A stretch of DNA of 64,000 bases, from NCBI GenBank assembly GCA_002269645.1, contig NIVC01003971.1, forward strand, positions 1 through 64,000, written 5' to 3'. Positions 1 to 16,249 of the stretch are shown here, one piece after another. This DNA is from Macrostomum lignano. Its lineage: Eukaryota. The notes below the pieces were generated by a model that worked only from the letters and a program-made list of their open reading frames with translations, was not told the origin of the DNA and searched no databases. Within the stretch, counting starts at the first letter, position 1; every line of letters begins with the position of its first letter. Both the position numbers and the translations under genes were made by a program.

Positions 1-1558
1 GCAGACTGAGACAGACGACATCATCCATGAGCACCTGCTCCGGTACGATCCGTACCTGCTTCAGCTGCGCAGCTAGTGTGGGGACGCCGCCGACCACGGC
101 TGCAACGGCCGACACGACGCGTTGCTGGCAGGAAGACCGGAACTGTCCAGTAGGGCTCTGCGTACGCTGGCGAACGACAGCAACGGCCTCTACTGCCTCA
201 TCTCCAGCATCTACAGTCATGATCAGAGTCTGGGGCTGGTGACAGCGCCTAGAATCTATTGCAGAAGTGTGTAATAAAGGCTTACCGAGTATTTTCTCAT
301 TTGGCAGTCCGGAAACACGGCCTTGAGCTGTGAGGTGCAACCGGCTGAGGCCGTTTTCAGTCTATGGGCGACTCTCGGATCACAAGAATGTTTGCAGACT
401 CGTTTGTAGGGAGCAGGTCCTCGATGGACACAGTCGAACTCCGTGTCGATCACTGTCCGAAAGTAGTTGAGTTTCAGTGTGCCCGTGTTCCGAGCCTGTG
501 TTGAGAAGGCTCTAATGAATTAACATGCTCTTAGTGAATGCCAGGATAGGTATAAAGTGTGCCAAAAACAATTATGAATTCGCACCTCTCGTAAAACGGC
601 GTTGACATTTTCAGGCGTGCACAGAACCAATGTGTTTCGATAACGCTTCCAAACGACGTTTCTCAGTATGCTGGTCAGGTTGCTTGCTGAGTCATCGATT
701 TGGAAAGTCAGGCTGGGGATGCTTTTATCCGACAGCAGTTGCTGCAGCTTCTCCAGAAGACGGTGATCTGCAATCAGATTAGAGAGCTTGTGAGACTCAC
801 ACTGCAAAGCTGTACGTGCACTTTGAGACTTACCTTGATACTTATCGTAAAGACAACGATGGCCTTTTGCTCGAGCCGACTCACGATTGTCGCAGCAGCT
901 TCCAGGAAAGTTCCGACGTCCGGGTTCGAGATTAGAGTCACGGCTGCGAGTTGTGAGGAATGCAAACTCTTTAACTGACTGTTTCATGGAGCACATGCCA
1001 TAAGACAGAGTTTAATAAATAATAAATACGATTGGTATTGTTGATGAAGCAGAGATCGCGACGGCCGGCACGCTGATTGAGGTGGAGACGGCCAGAACGT
1101 CGGTCACGAAGGCGCAGGAGCCCACGGCGACTACTCCGTGCAGGCCGGGTGTGTTGCACACTGGAATTTTACGGACATGAAAAAATCATTTGTACCTAAA
1201 CCTAAAATTCGGCTACCTTCCGTAAAAATTGGGGTTGAAATGGTTCGCTCCGTGGCTCAAAATTATACTGCATTAACTGGCGATGCAGTGAGTATACCAG
1301 CGCACGCGTACCAGCTCGCATAGCCTCGACAGCATCGCTGGCCTGAACAAAGACGTGCGTCATGGGGTTTGTCTTGAATGCCGTCAGCTTCCAGTAGTTG
1401 TTGATGAGCAGGTCGATGGCTCGGCTCACGGCCAAGTCTCCAATGCTGCCGTTCTGAGAGACCACCGCCAGTTTGACGGCTCCTGCGCAGGTGGACAGCG
1501 CGAGGAGAGCGCAGAGCGGCGCGGCGACAGCTCGGTCAGAAGCTTTAGTATCAGGCAT
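1..1558 (-). CDS. Ionotropic glutamate receptor-family paralog B, N-terminal (ATD) part only; continues off the left edge; multiple 1-nt indels (pseudogene or consensus error)
   Basis: ATG at 1558 gives a signal peptide (MPDTKASDRAVAAPLCALLALSTCAGA). Later exons align one-to-one with paralog A: VCNTPGLHGVVAVGSCAFVTDV vs ACSSPTLSGTIVIGNCAFVSDV; 27-212 is about 85-90% identical to 6205-6380; 283-470 matches 6455-6640. Several single-base indels relative to A break the frame. Confidence 0.75.
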
Positions 1559-2622
1559 CTCACTGGCTAGATTTGTTGTTGTTTCGAGCGTAGATTTTTT
1601 CGGGCAGATTGGAGAATTCGACGCTACAGTCAGATTTTTATACTGGGGGCCTCTGACGGACTACTCAGGAAAGCTGATGCATTCTAATTATTGGCCTCGT
1701 TATTAGGAAAAGCTCCATTTTCTCATGGCGAGTCCCCTTGTAAACTTGAATATCCAATGCATTGATTCGCGTTAATTAAGAGCTTTGGCGAAGATGCTTT
1801 GCCTTGGAGGACAGACTGCATTTTTCAAGAAATTCTTCTTTGGTTTGCGTTACCAGCCCTTGGCAGTCTTGTTGTGTCGCGAATAGCTTGTTTTTACATG
1901 GTGTCGCATTTTTGATGGTTATGCAAGATGATCCGAAGGGGCTCTTTACGTCGTTTTCGATGGGGTCATGGTCGATTTATCAATAGGATTGACCATTTCT
2001 GTTCTTTTTAAAGTAATCTGCAAATTAATGGCGTTGCCATGTTCGATTCCATGTTCAGCTCACGTTGCACATGAGCAGCTTTGGCAGAGTAGCAAACACG
2101 GCTGTTTCACAGTGAGCCACAGCCGCTTTCAGATGGGCAAAGGACACAAAAAGACATCTTGGCCCATAGTGAATATTTCTGTAATAGTAATTAGCTTTCT
2201 TAATACCTGCTTTTAGTTACGCTGCAAAAATTGAAATCATCTTCTTCACAACACTTTTGATTCATCCTTTTAAAGAGGAAGTTTTTGAGAAGTTGAGGCA
2301 CTGCTTCGTTCATATACTAAGCTCGTCACTAGTGGTATAAAGCGAATATTCTTGAGCTGCTTGGTGTTGAGACAGCTGACTCACCATTTCATTAACGGAA
2401 ATGTATTTCGTTTTATGTCAAAATCTACATCTGAGGACTCAATATTGATAGCAAGAATATAGAAAATCTCTGATAATTTACGGCATCCAATTAACTGCAG
2501 ACTGTTCAATTAATCAGGGATCCAAGAATCGATATTGGCAGTTCAAGCGCGAATGCTCTGTTATATTCAGAGTCACCTAAAAACCCGACAGATGGATGGA
2601 TCGATATTTTTAAAAAAAATTT

Positions 2623-2627
<5 letters not shown>

Positions 2628-2654
<27 letters not shown>
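2628..2654. repeat. (GA)n microsatellite
   Basis: About 13 uninterrupted GA units. Confidence 0.9.
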
Positions 2655-2658
<4 letters not shown>

Positions 2659-2929
2659 CTATCGAGCCGGTGTGACGCAGTCAGAAAACATTACTCTATG
2701 CCGTGGGGTTACCTTAGAGTTGAATCCAAATTAAATGACTTTTTTTGCTCCCTATATCTGTGGTACGAGCGTACGTGTGGGAATAAAGTGCTTGTCTTGT
2801 AGCGCATCAGACTCACTCTACCGTAGACGTGAGCTCAGGTGTGAATTAATAGGTGCATTTGTAGACTTCACTGCAAGTCTAATATCAGAGCAGACCACAA
2901 ATGAAAAGTATTCGGAGATCTGAGCAGTC

Positions 2930-5900
2930 TCAAAATCCTGGAAAATCCAGCGTTTCCTTCTTCATGAGGATCACCCAGAGCAGCTCCACCAGCAGGATGA
3001 GGAAGCCGCACACGTACAGCCCCAAGCTGAGGATGTAGGCGCCTCCCACGCCCTCCAGCGGGATGGCCGCCGCCTCGGCAGCCGCTGTGGCGCCCGTGCC
3101 GCAGTCTGAGGTCAGTGGAATGTACTTGCTGTTGATCAGGTCGACCACGCCCGCAGCTTTGCCACGCTGAATGCTGCAATTGGCAGGCAAATGCTGCCTT
3201 TACGCTTTCGTACCCAGAATAATAAGTATGAGTTATTATAAAAAGATAAGATAATATTAATAAAGAGTTATTAAAAAGTCTGTATGATTATTGAATCAAA
3301 AGTTTCTTAGTTTCATTAGCGAAATTTTAATTTGCCTTTAATTGGTATTTAGGGCTAAACTAAAATATAACGGTGAAATATAACGATGACACCTGGCTTT
3401 ATTTCCCAGAGATCTAATTGTTTTGCTAATTTTTTACGTTTTCTTAATGACGTTCTTTCGTCTTAACGTCGTAACATTGTAGCTCGTAGGCCAAAAATTA
3501 TACGCATAGATTTACGAAAAGAACCTAAAATAACAATAAGAAGTTTTCGAATTTAAATATAGTACCATTAGTCACTTAAAGACAATACCAAATATTAACT
3601 AGAAGTATTCGATTCAAGCAGAAAAAATTTCTAGCTGTTAATACATGCAAATGCATCCCACGTGTTACTGCAACATCTAAGTTTAGTCAGTTTTAATAGT
3701 TTAGTTTTTGGATAATAACTTACAGCTGCTTTTCATAAAATTTTTGAAATTTGAATAAAGTTAAATTTGTTTTACTGATGTGCGTGAACCACAAATTATA
3801 AGTACAAGCTACTTGAAAGCACCATTTGCCAATCCAAGAGTTCATTTTGCCTTTCGTTTCAGATTTTCGTTTTGAGACTAATATAAACGCATTAAAGAGC
3901 ATCGCAAAGCGTCAGAATGAAGTTTTACTTACAAAAAGTTGAATGCATCGATATAATATGAGTCCTTTGGAAAGGCGATTGCAATGTAGTACGGATTGAA
4001 GTAGTTGTAAACATTGTACACGTACTGGCAGTACCGGCTGGCGTACAGAAGGTTCACGTTCACGTCAGAGATGCACACCAGGTAAGGATCCGTGCTGGTA
4101 ATCAGCTGAAAGAATTGAAAGCAGTTTGATTGCAGCTTAAGCTTGTGTAATGAACTGTGGTTTGGTGCAAATGCGCTTGTACAGCTGGCGCTAGTAGCTC
4201 ACACTCATGGCGCAGGTGTCAAAGGACTGCGTCAGCACTTTCATCTGCCGCAGCTTGACCAGCGGTCCCTCTGTGGCGGCCATCATCGAAGAGTAGATGT
4301 TGGTCCGAGCGGCACCATGGCCTTGTACTGCGGCAGGGACACCAGCTGTTCCAGGCTTTCGATTGGGTACTTGGAAACCGTCACGGCCAGTTTTGAGGTC
4401 AAATCGCCTTCATCGGGACGGATATAGGAGTTTATAGCGGCATTAAAAAACAAACTGTGCTCATGTTTCTGTACGAGCTACAAAGCGTTTGCCTCAAAAA
4501 GGCTTTTCGAACACTTACTGTAGGCAGCGCCTACTATCGTGTGTGTTGGGGCGGTTGTTAGCGGCTGCGCCGCGTGACTCTGCTAGCTCTCCCCTGACTA
4601 GCTGAGAGCTACTAGCATGGTGCGACTTTACCCTGACTCAGCTCAATTACTCAATAAATATACTGATCGCAATTCTTCTCGCCTGCAAGCTTTCGGCAAC
4701 TATCGACGACAACGACAACAACAACAACAAAAACAAACTACAGCAACCCTGTAGTTCGCGAAAATGCGCACGCAAGCGCAGATTTGCGCAGAATAACGAG
4801 TCCTATACAACAAGCAGTCTAGTCTCGTTTCACTCACTACACTTACCTGTATAGGTGCCAAAAATGATCACAGTGAGCATCCACCAGAACGCCAAAACAG
4901 TCCGGGGGCTCATGGCGAATGGATAGAAATCCTGGCCCTGCTGCATGAAGCTGCCTATGGCGGACCAGATGTACTCCTTCAGCCAGACCTCGTCCGCAAA
5001 CGCGAATCGCAGACCAAGGTTCCAGGCGGAGAACGGGCTGAGCCTGGCAAACAGAAAGATGACACCCGGCACCAACAGGAGCATGCAGACTATCAGCAGC
5101 CACGTGTCCCAGGCAAGCGGCGTAAACACATTCCACAGCTTGGACTCGGAATTCGGCCGCTTGACCAAGATGGCATTCGATGAGAACATGTACTCCTGAG
5201 AGTAGTCGATCACCTTGGATCGAAATGTGTTAATAGCCATGGGAATGGTGATGTCTGCTTCCTGCAAATCAGAGCAAAGCAGGGGGTACCCTCTTCGAAG
5301 CCAGTATTTTTTCAAAACATTCTGATTAAAAAGTGAATATTTCTTACGCCTCTTTGAATCATGCCAATGCAGCCCGTGTAATAGACCGAGGTCGGGTCTG
5401 GCGCTCCGAACTGATTGTCCGCAGGAGCGAACAGCGAGTAGCTGCGAGGGTGTGGACAGGAAATTCTTGGGAACTTACTATTTCAGCCCATTTGTGTATT
5501 TCAGGTAACTTACGAATAGTTCAGATGCAGTGAGAGAAAGTGAATGATGTCGGTGGAAATTGCACCAGGAATGCCAACCGTTCCGTTTGAGTACTGCATG
5601 TACGGCCGTGACTAAAGTTGAAATGTGAATGCTACTATGAAAACCATGTAGCCAGCAAAAGGCCAGCAAAAGGTTAAAATAACTGACCCGACTGGGGTGG
5701 CGGCATGCAAAGAGTAAATTACAACATGCAAGTAATAAGAGAGCAGCCCCCGACCCCCTCCCCCCCCGACAGACGAAATCAAACGCAACCTCACACTACG
5801 CTTACCGCAGGCGCACAGACTCTTAAGGTGCGATTTTTAAAGTCGATAAACGTGTTGGGGAAGATGAGGCTCCGACCTCTGTAGCGGAAGCTGACCTCCA

Positions 5901-7900
5901 GAGAGCCGTTCCCTACAAAGAAGCGGCCGCTGTTGACGAAGCGGACCGGGTCGGAGAACTCATCGTGGAACGTAGCCTGCACCTCCAGGAAGTAGTCGCT
6001 GGGTGTCCAGCTGCTCCCAGCTGACAGCGGCTGTCGCAGCTACACAAAGGTGAACGGGTACGACTGAGCAGACTGAGACAGATTTTGTAATCTATCATGA
6101 TCGATACTGCTGCTGTGTTGATAGAGTAAATAAAAGTAGATTAGAAGGGGATAAGGTGCAGCACAGGTCAATACATTAGATCTGAACGCAAAGAAGATCA
6201 TCAATTGAGCACCTGTTCAATCCGTACCTGTTTCAGCTGCGCAGCCAGTGCGGGACCCGCCGACCACGGCTGCAACGGCCGACACGACACGTTGCTGGCA
6301 GGAAGACCGGAACTGTCTAGTAAGCTATGCGTAGCGCTGGCGAACGACAGCACGGCCTCTACCGCCTTCAGCTCCAGCATCTGCGGGTATGTTCAGGGGT
6401 CTTTTGGTAGCGACAGCGACTAAGATCTGTCAAGAAGTTTGTAGATAAAGGCTTATTACCGAGTATCTGCTTGTTTGGCAGTCCGGAAACACGGTCTTGA
6501 GCTGTGAGGTGCAACCGGCTGAGGCCGTTTTCAGGTCGATGGCCGACTCTCGGATCACAAGAATGTTTGCAGACTCGTTTGCAGGAAGCAGGTCCTCGAT
6601 CGACACAAGTCGAACTCCTGTGTCGATCACTGTCCAGAAGTAGTTCGGCTGCAGAGTTCCTGTTTTCTGGGCCTGGAAAAATTCTTCTATCATTTTAAAC
6701 AGAATGCTCAAAACTGAAGCAGTTCAAAGCTTACCAAGTTAACGATATTTAAAACAGTGCCTGGGTCGCACAGAACTACGATGTTTCTAATTTTAGCTTT
6801 GATCATGTTTGTCAACGTGAGATTCAGATTACCGACGGAATTATTTATCTGAAAAGTTGAGCTAGCGATTCCTTTGGCGGAGAGCTCCAGCTGCAATTCC
6901 TCAACGAGCTTGTGGTCTGAAGCGCGAGTGAAATCCTTTCTGAATCTGATGGGCTAGTTCATTTTTAATCGGGAAACTTCGGACTTACCTTGGAACTCGT
7001 CGTGGAGCACAGCGGCCACTGGTGCCGCAACCCGCTGCAAAACTGCCGCTGCGGCTTCTAAAAAGCTTGTCGCGTTGGACGTTGATGCGAGGCTCAAGCC
7101 TGCAAAGTTTGTTTCGGTTTGCTTTTTCTGGTACCGAAAACCAGTGAGATAAATCAGTGGACATGTCAAAGATCAGAAAGTTACCGGTGCTGCTAAGCTG
7201 GCAGAGGTCACTGGAGAGCGTGATGGCAGGAACTCTGATGTAGTCAGACAGTTTCATTACATCTGAGACAAATGCGCAGTTCCCGATCACAATCGTGCCA
7301 CTGAGAGTAGGTGAGCTGCATGCTAAAAGTACAAGTTAAAGTTGTCAATTTCACCTGGTTTGTTAGCAAAGCACAAAGCTTTGCTGGTTGAAAGACTCCG
7401 AACAATGTATCGTTGTACCTGTGTGATTCAGATCCAACCCCTGTCATACCAAACAGTACAGATGCTAATGATCCGCGTAACGTAACGCCTACTAGTAATT
7501 CTCGGGCCACCCAATACCTCAGCCTAATTATTTTAGCGTCAATCTAACACGAAACTGCGGTTAGCCTTATGTCGCACCGTCTCCTGCACTCGTTTTGTCT
7601 TGAAATCTGTGGTGATAAATTGATTTTTGAGGTGATAAAAGAGTTGCAGTGGAAAAATTGAACACCTCTCTGAACCGCTTCCAAAGCGTCGGCAACTTGT
7701 AGCCACTCGAAATTCAGAGGCTCCGTCTTGAACAGCGGGAAGACCCAGTGCCCGTTGACCAGCTTGCTCACAGCAGCTTCCACCAGGGACCTGTCGGCGC
7801 TGCCTGTCTGAGCCAGCACTGCGATGCGCCTCGCGCTTGCTGAGCCGAAGCAGAGAAGCAGCTGCACCAGGAGATACACGGAGACCCACAGAAGCTTCAT
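2930..7900 (-). CDS. Ionotropic glutamate receptor-family protein (divergent iGluR/IR-like), paralog A, 13 exons
   Basis: Exons (minus): 7900-7666, 7322-7185, 7099-6989, ~6945-6735 (acceptor unresolved), 6672-6460, 6380-6228, 6039-5806, 5611-5514, 5441-5348, 5261-4847, 4407-4203, 4105-3933, 3173-2930. GT-AG phases are consistent except for exon 4 and a 1-nt deficit in exon 11 (~4305). Motifs: signal peptide; FPNTFIDFKNRTLRV (ATD/S1 junction); EADITIPMAINTFRSKVIDYS (S1); M1; pore loop AIGSFMQQG; M3 VLAFWWMLTVIIFGTYTGDLTSKLAV; S2 YIAIAFPKDS; M4 LEGVGGAYILSLGLYVCGFLILLVELLW. Confidence 0.9.
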
Positions 7901-8672
7901 ACCTGCGCTATTTTTCTAGAGTTTTCCATTGAGAGTTGAGTCCAGCAGGATACCAAAAAGCAGTGAGCTATTATACCCGCTATCAAAATGATATTCTAGC
8001 CTTGCAAACAGACTAATGATCTCCTAGCATGGCTGCGGTCGAGTCCTAATCGATCTATCTGCTTTGTTATCTGCCACAACTCTGCTTCACTGACCCTGAT
8101 TTATTGATGCCCATGGCTGAGATGCTTCTCGGATCCAACTGCGGGTGTTTGTTGCTTTCCAAAGTTCAGCCAATCGCACGCGATGTATTAGTTACATAAT
8201 TGCCGCAGGTAATTACGCTCGTATTCAAGTGTTGGCGACATCCTTTTCTGGGCTTAATTAAAATGTCTATTCGAGCGTGACAAATTGGATTTGCCATCGG
8301 AACTGCTATCGATGTCCGTCTCATGCAGATGGGTGGCCGCTCCGATATCCAAGTCCTACTAAATTCCTAACTGTTGGTAGTCTTTGTCACTTCCAGATCC
8401 TTTCCCACATTGACAGTTTTGTCGAGGTGACATCAAGCCTCGGCCTAGTCATCAACACGCTGAATGCGAGCCTCCAGCCCCTCCAGGATGCCTTGCTCTA
8501 TTTACCCGGACCGTTCAGGCGGGGTCAAGCGAGGACCGGGAGATACGTGGACTGCACCCGGAGTGACGCTGGGGCGCCCGACACCACACAATGGGCCGGA
8601 CTTTGTTCTTCCGCTGGCGCTTCGGCGCGCCATCTGACGCTCCTCCACTGACTTACAGGGGCTGTGTACTTT

Positions 8673-9905
8673 GTTATTGTTGTTGTTGTTGTTGTTGTTT
8701 GCGGAAGGTGGTCTAGGGCTGCCTATGCAGGCAGTCCAAGAACCTAGCCACCAGATCGCCATCGGCCAAGTCCTCCAGTTGGTGTAGGTCCGTCGCGTGC
8801 CGAGCTCCGGCCAGGGCCGGACATTCGAGGAAGTGGTCCTTGTCTTCAAAGAGGTCGCACCGGAGGCATCTGCTATCCTCCCTAGTGCCAATTCGGTGCT
8901 GATAGTACGCCGTAGAGGGATCGTGACCGGCACGCATTTGAGCTATGGAAACCTGAAGCGCGCGAGGGCGAGCAGGCATCGAGGGGGTCTTGCTGTAGAC
9001 CCGCTTCAGCCGGTCATTCAGGAGAGGCTTATAGTTGATGAGACGGCGTATGCGGCTTCGGGCGGCCTCGATGTCGATCCCTAGAAGGTCCTGGGCGAGC
9101 AGACAGGCGTTCTTTGCCTCGGTGTCGGCTCTCTCGTTACCGGGAGTCCCAGAATGACCTGGGATCCACTGCAGGACCACGTCGGCGTGGCTCTCCACCT
9201 GCGTCAGCTTGCGCTTGAGCGACTCGAGCAGAGGGTTCAGGGAGTGCTGCCGACCTTTGAGCGCCGCAATGGCCGATTGGCTGTCGGTGAGGATCAGGGC
9301 AGAGTCCTGCTTAGTCTCAAGGATGTGGTCCACGGCGAGGTGCAGAGCTGAGAGTTCAGCTTGGAACGAGCTACACCAGCGCCCGGTAGCAGCTCCCTCA
9401 ATCCAAATCACCTGGCCCGAAGTAGGGGCGACTGCCACACAGGCTGCCCCTCCGTTCTCCGTTCCTTCGGATGCAGATCCGTCGGTGAAATAGTGGATCT
9501 TGCGGTCGCCCCATGATTTAATGGTGTCTTCCGTCGCCGACCGCCTGGTCTCTGGCGGATCGTTCCTGGAGATCGGCTGAGTCAGGTGTTCGCAAAAGGT
9601 GACCCGATCCTCGATTCTCTTAAGCCAGGGCTTGTTTCTGATTCAGTTCGATTCCCGGCGTGGGCAATGCAGAATCTGCTCGGATTCCAGCTTGGCTTGA
9701 TCCCGGAGACCTTTGTTAGCTTTGAGCCTGCGCCGGCCTTGGTCTTCGCAAAGGCTGCGCCAAGGGTCGTGGGCTGGCCGCCGGAGGGCCTTCTCGACAG
9801 CCAGCAGGGCTCTTCTGTGTCCTTCAACGGAAATGGGAACGGTTCCGAGTTCGAGGTAGACGGCCTCCTCTGGAGTGGATTTAGGGAGGCCGGCCACAAT
9901 TCTAA
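8673..9905 (-). mobile_element. 5'-truncated non-LTR retrotransposon (I/R1-like group): ORF2 C-terminus with RNase H and CCHC motif, (AAC)n tail
   Basis: One frame runs from ~9905 to 8713 with a single in-frame TGA at 9643. RNase H motifs: HYFTDGS, SSFQAELSAL, ILTDSQSAI, LQWIPGHSGTPGNERADTEAK. C-terminal CLRC...HFLEC. About 12 nt after the stop a run of AAC units follows (8673-8700). No TSD was identified. Confidence 0.85.
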
Positions 9906-10778
9906 AAATTCACGAAGCATGATTTTCCCAGCTAATAAGGATCTCGTACTACTCACTGCTATTTAGCCAGGGTTTCCTGAAGAGGTTTGTGGCTTATTAC
10001 AATATGATAAAAATGCCTGAATCTACCCTAACGAGAGCATAGCGACAGCATGAGTAATCACACACACGAATGCACTGGTAGGCAGGCACACGATCACATA
10101 GGGGTTAGAGCAGCTGTGACTTACTCCCATCCGAATATCGTCAAAATTCTTAAATTATTGTGGCTTCACACAGGCTCCCAGACCCAAAATGCGGAGTCCC
10201 TTGACAAAATATAACCCTTTTTCATCTTTACGAAGCTGCCGACTGGTTTTTTATGGAAAATTTCAATGCGCACATTCCGACGGCCTCAGGCGCAGTTTTA
10301 TTAGTAGAAAAAAATGACAAAAAAAGGAGAAATACGAGCTAGTTCCATTGTTTTCAGTTTGTCCCACGGCTAAATCCTAATCCTCCCAGCCCCTCCCCCC
10401 GTAACTCTGGCAGCAAATTATTTCTTAAAGCAGCAACTACTCTCATTTGCGTTTGCTTTTGTGTTCACAAGTTTAATTTGAGTTCCAAAATGTCACGGAG
10501 AAAAGCGCGATTGTGAACAAGACTGATCAACGATTTCAATGCAAATTTGGGACACCAAAAGGGTTATGGGATGGTCAATGATCAGTCTAGGAACAGCAAG
10601 CAGTATTAGACTGCCATTTAAAATCTGTACCGAACATTCGAATGTCCGTCCTGATTACTTCAAGTAGCGAAATACGGATTTGTGCATTGCTACACTGTAC
10701 ATGGACAAGAAAAATACGGATTTTGATGTCTTAACAGATTTTAACATCCAATTTCATCTAATTACATGCAGTACGTTT

Positions 10779-11375
10779 CATTCAGCTGGGTCTGTGCTCT
10801 GCTCTCTAGGCCAGGTCATTCAGCTGGGTCTGTGCTCTGCTCTCTAGGCCAGGTCATTCAGCTGGGTCTGTGCTCTGCTCTCTAGGCCAGGTCATTCAGC
10901 TGGGTCTGTGCTCTGCTCTCTAGGCCAGGTCATTCAGCTGGGTCTGTGCTCTGCTCTCTAGGCCAGGTCATTCAGCTGGGTCTGTGCTCTGCTCTCTAGG
11001 CCAGGTCATTCAGCTGGGTCTGTGCTCTGCTCTCTAGGCCAGGTCATTCAGCTGGGTCTGTGCTCTGCTCTCTAGGCCAGGTCATTCAGCTGGGTCTGTG
11101 CTCTGCTCTCTAGGCCAGGTCATTCAGCTGGGTCTGTGCTCTGCTCTCTAGGCCAGGTCATTCAGCTGGGTCTGTGCTCTGCTCTCTAGGCCAGGTCATT
11201 CAGCTGGGTCTGTGCTCTGCTCTCTAGGCCAGGTCATTCAGCTGGGTCTGTGCTCTGCTCTCTAGGCCAGGTCATTCAGCTGGGTCTGTGCTCTGCTCTC
11301 TAGGCCAGGTCATTCAGCTGGGTCTGTGCTCTGCTCTCTAGGCCAGGTCATTCAGCTGGGTCTGTGCTCTGCTCT

Positions 11376-11398
<23 letters not shown>
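10779..11398. repeat. 38-bp minisatellite, ~16 near-identical copies, overlapping the stop codon of the BAMBI-like gene
   Basis: Unit CATTCAGCTGGGTCTGTGCTCTGCTCTCTAGGCCAGGT, period 38. Confidence 0.95.
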
Positions 11399-16249
<4,851 letters not shown>

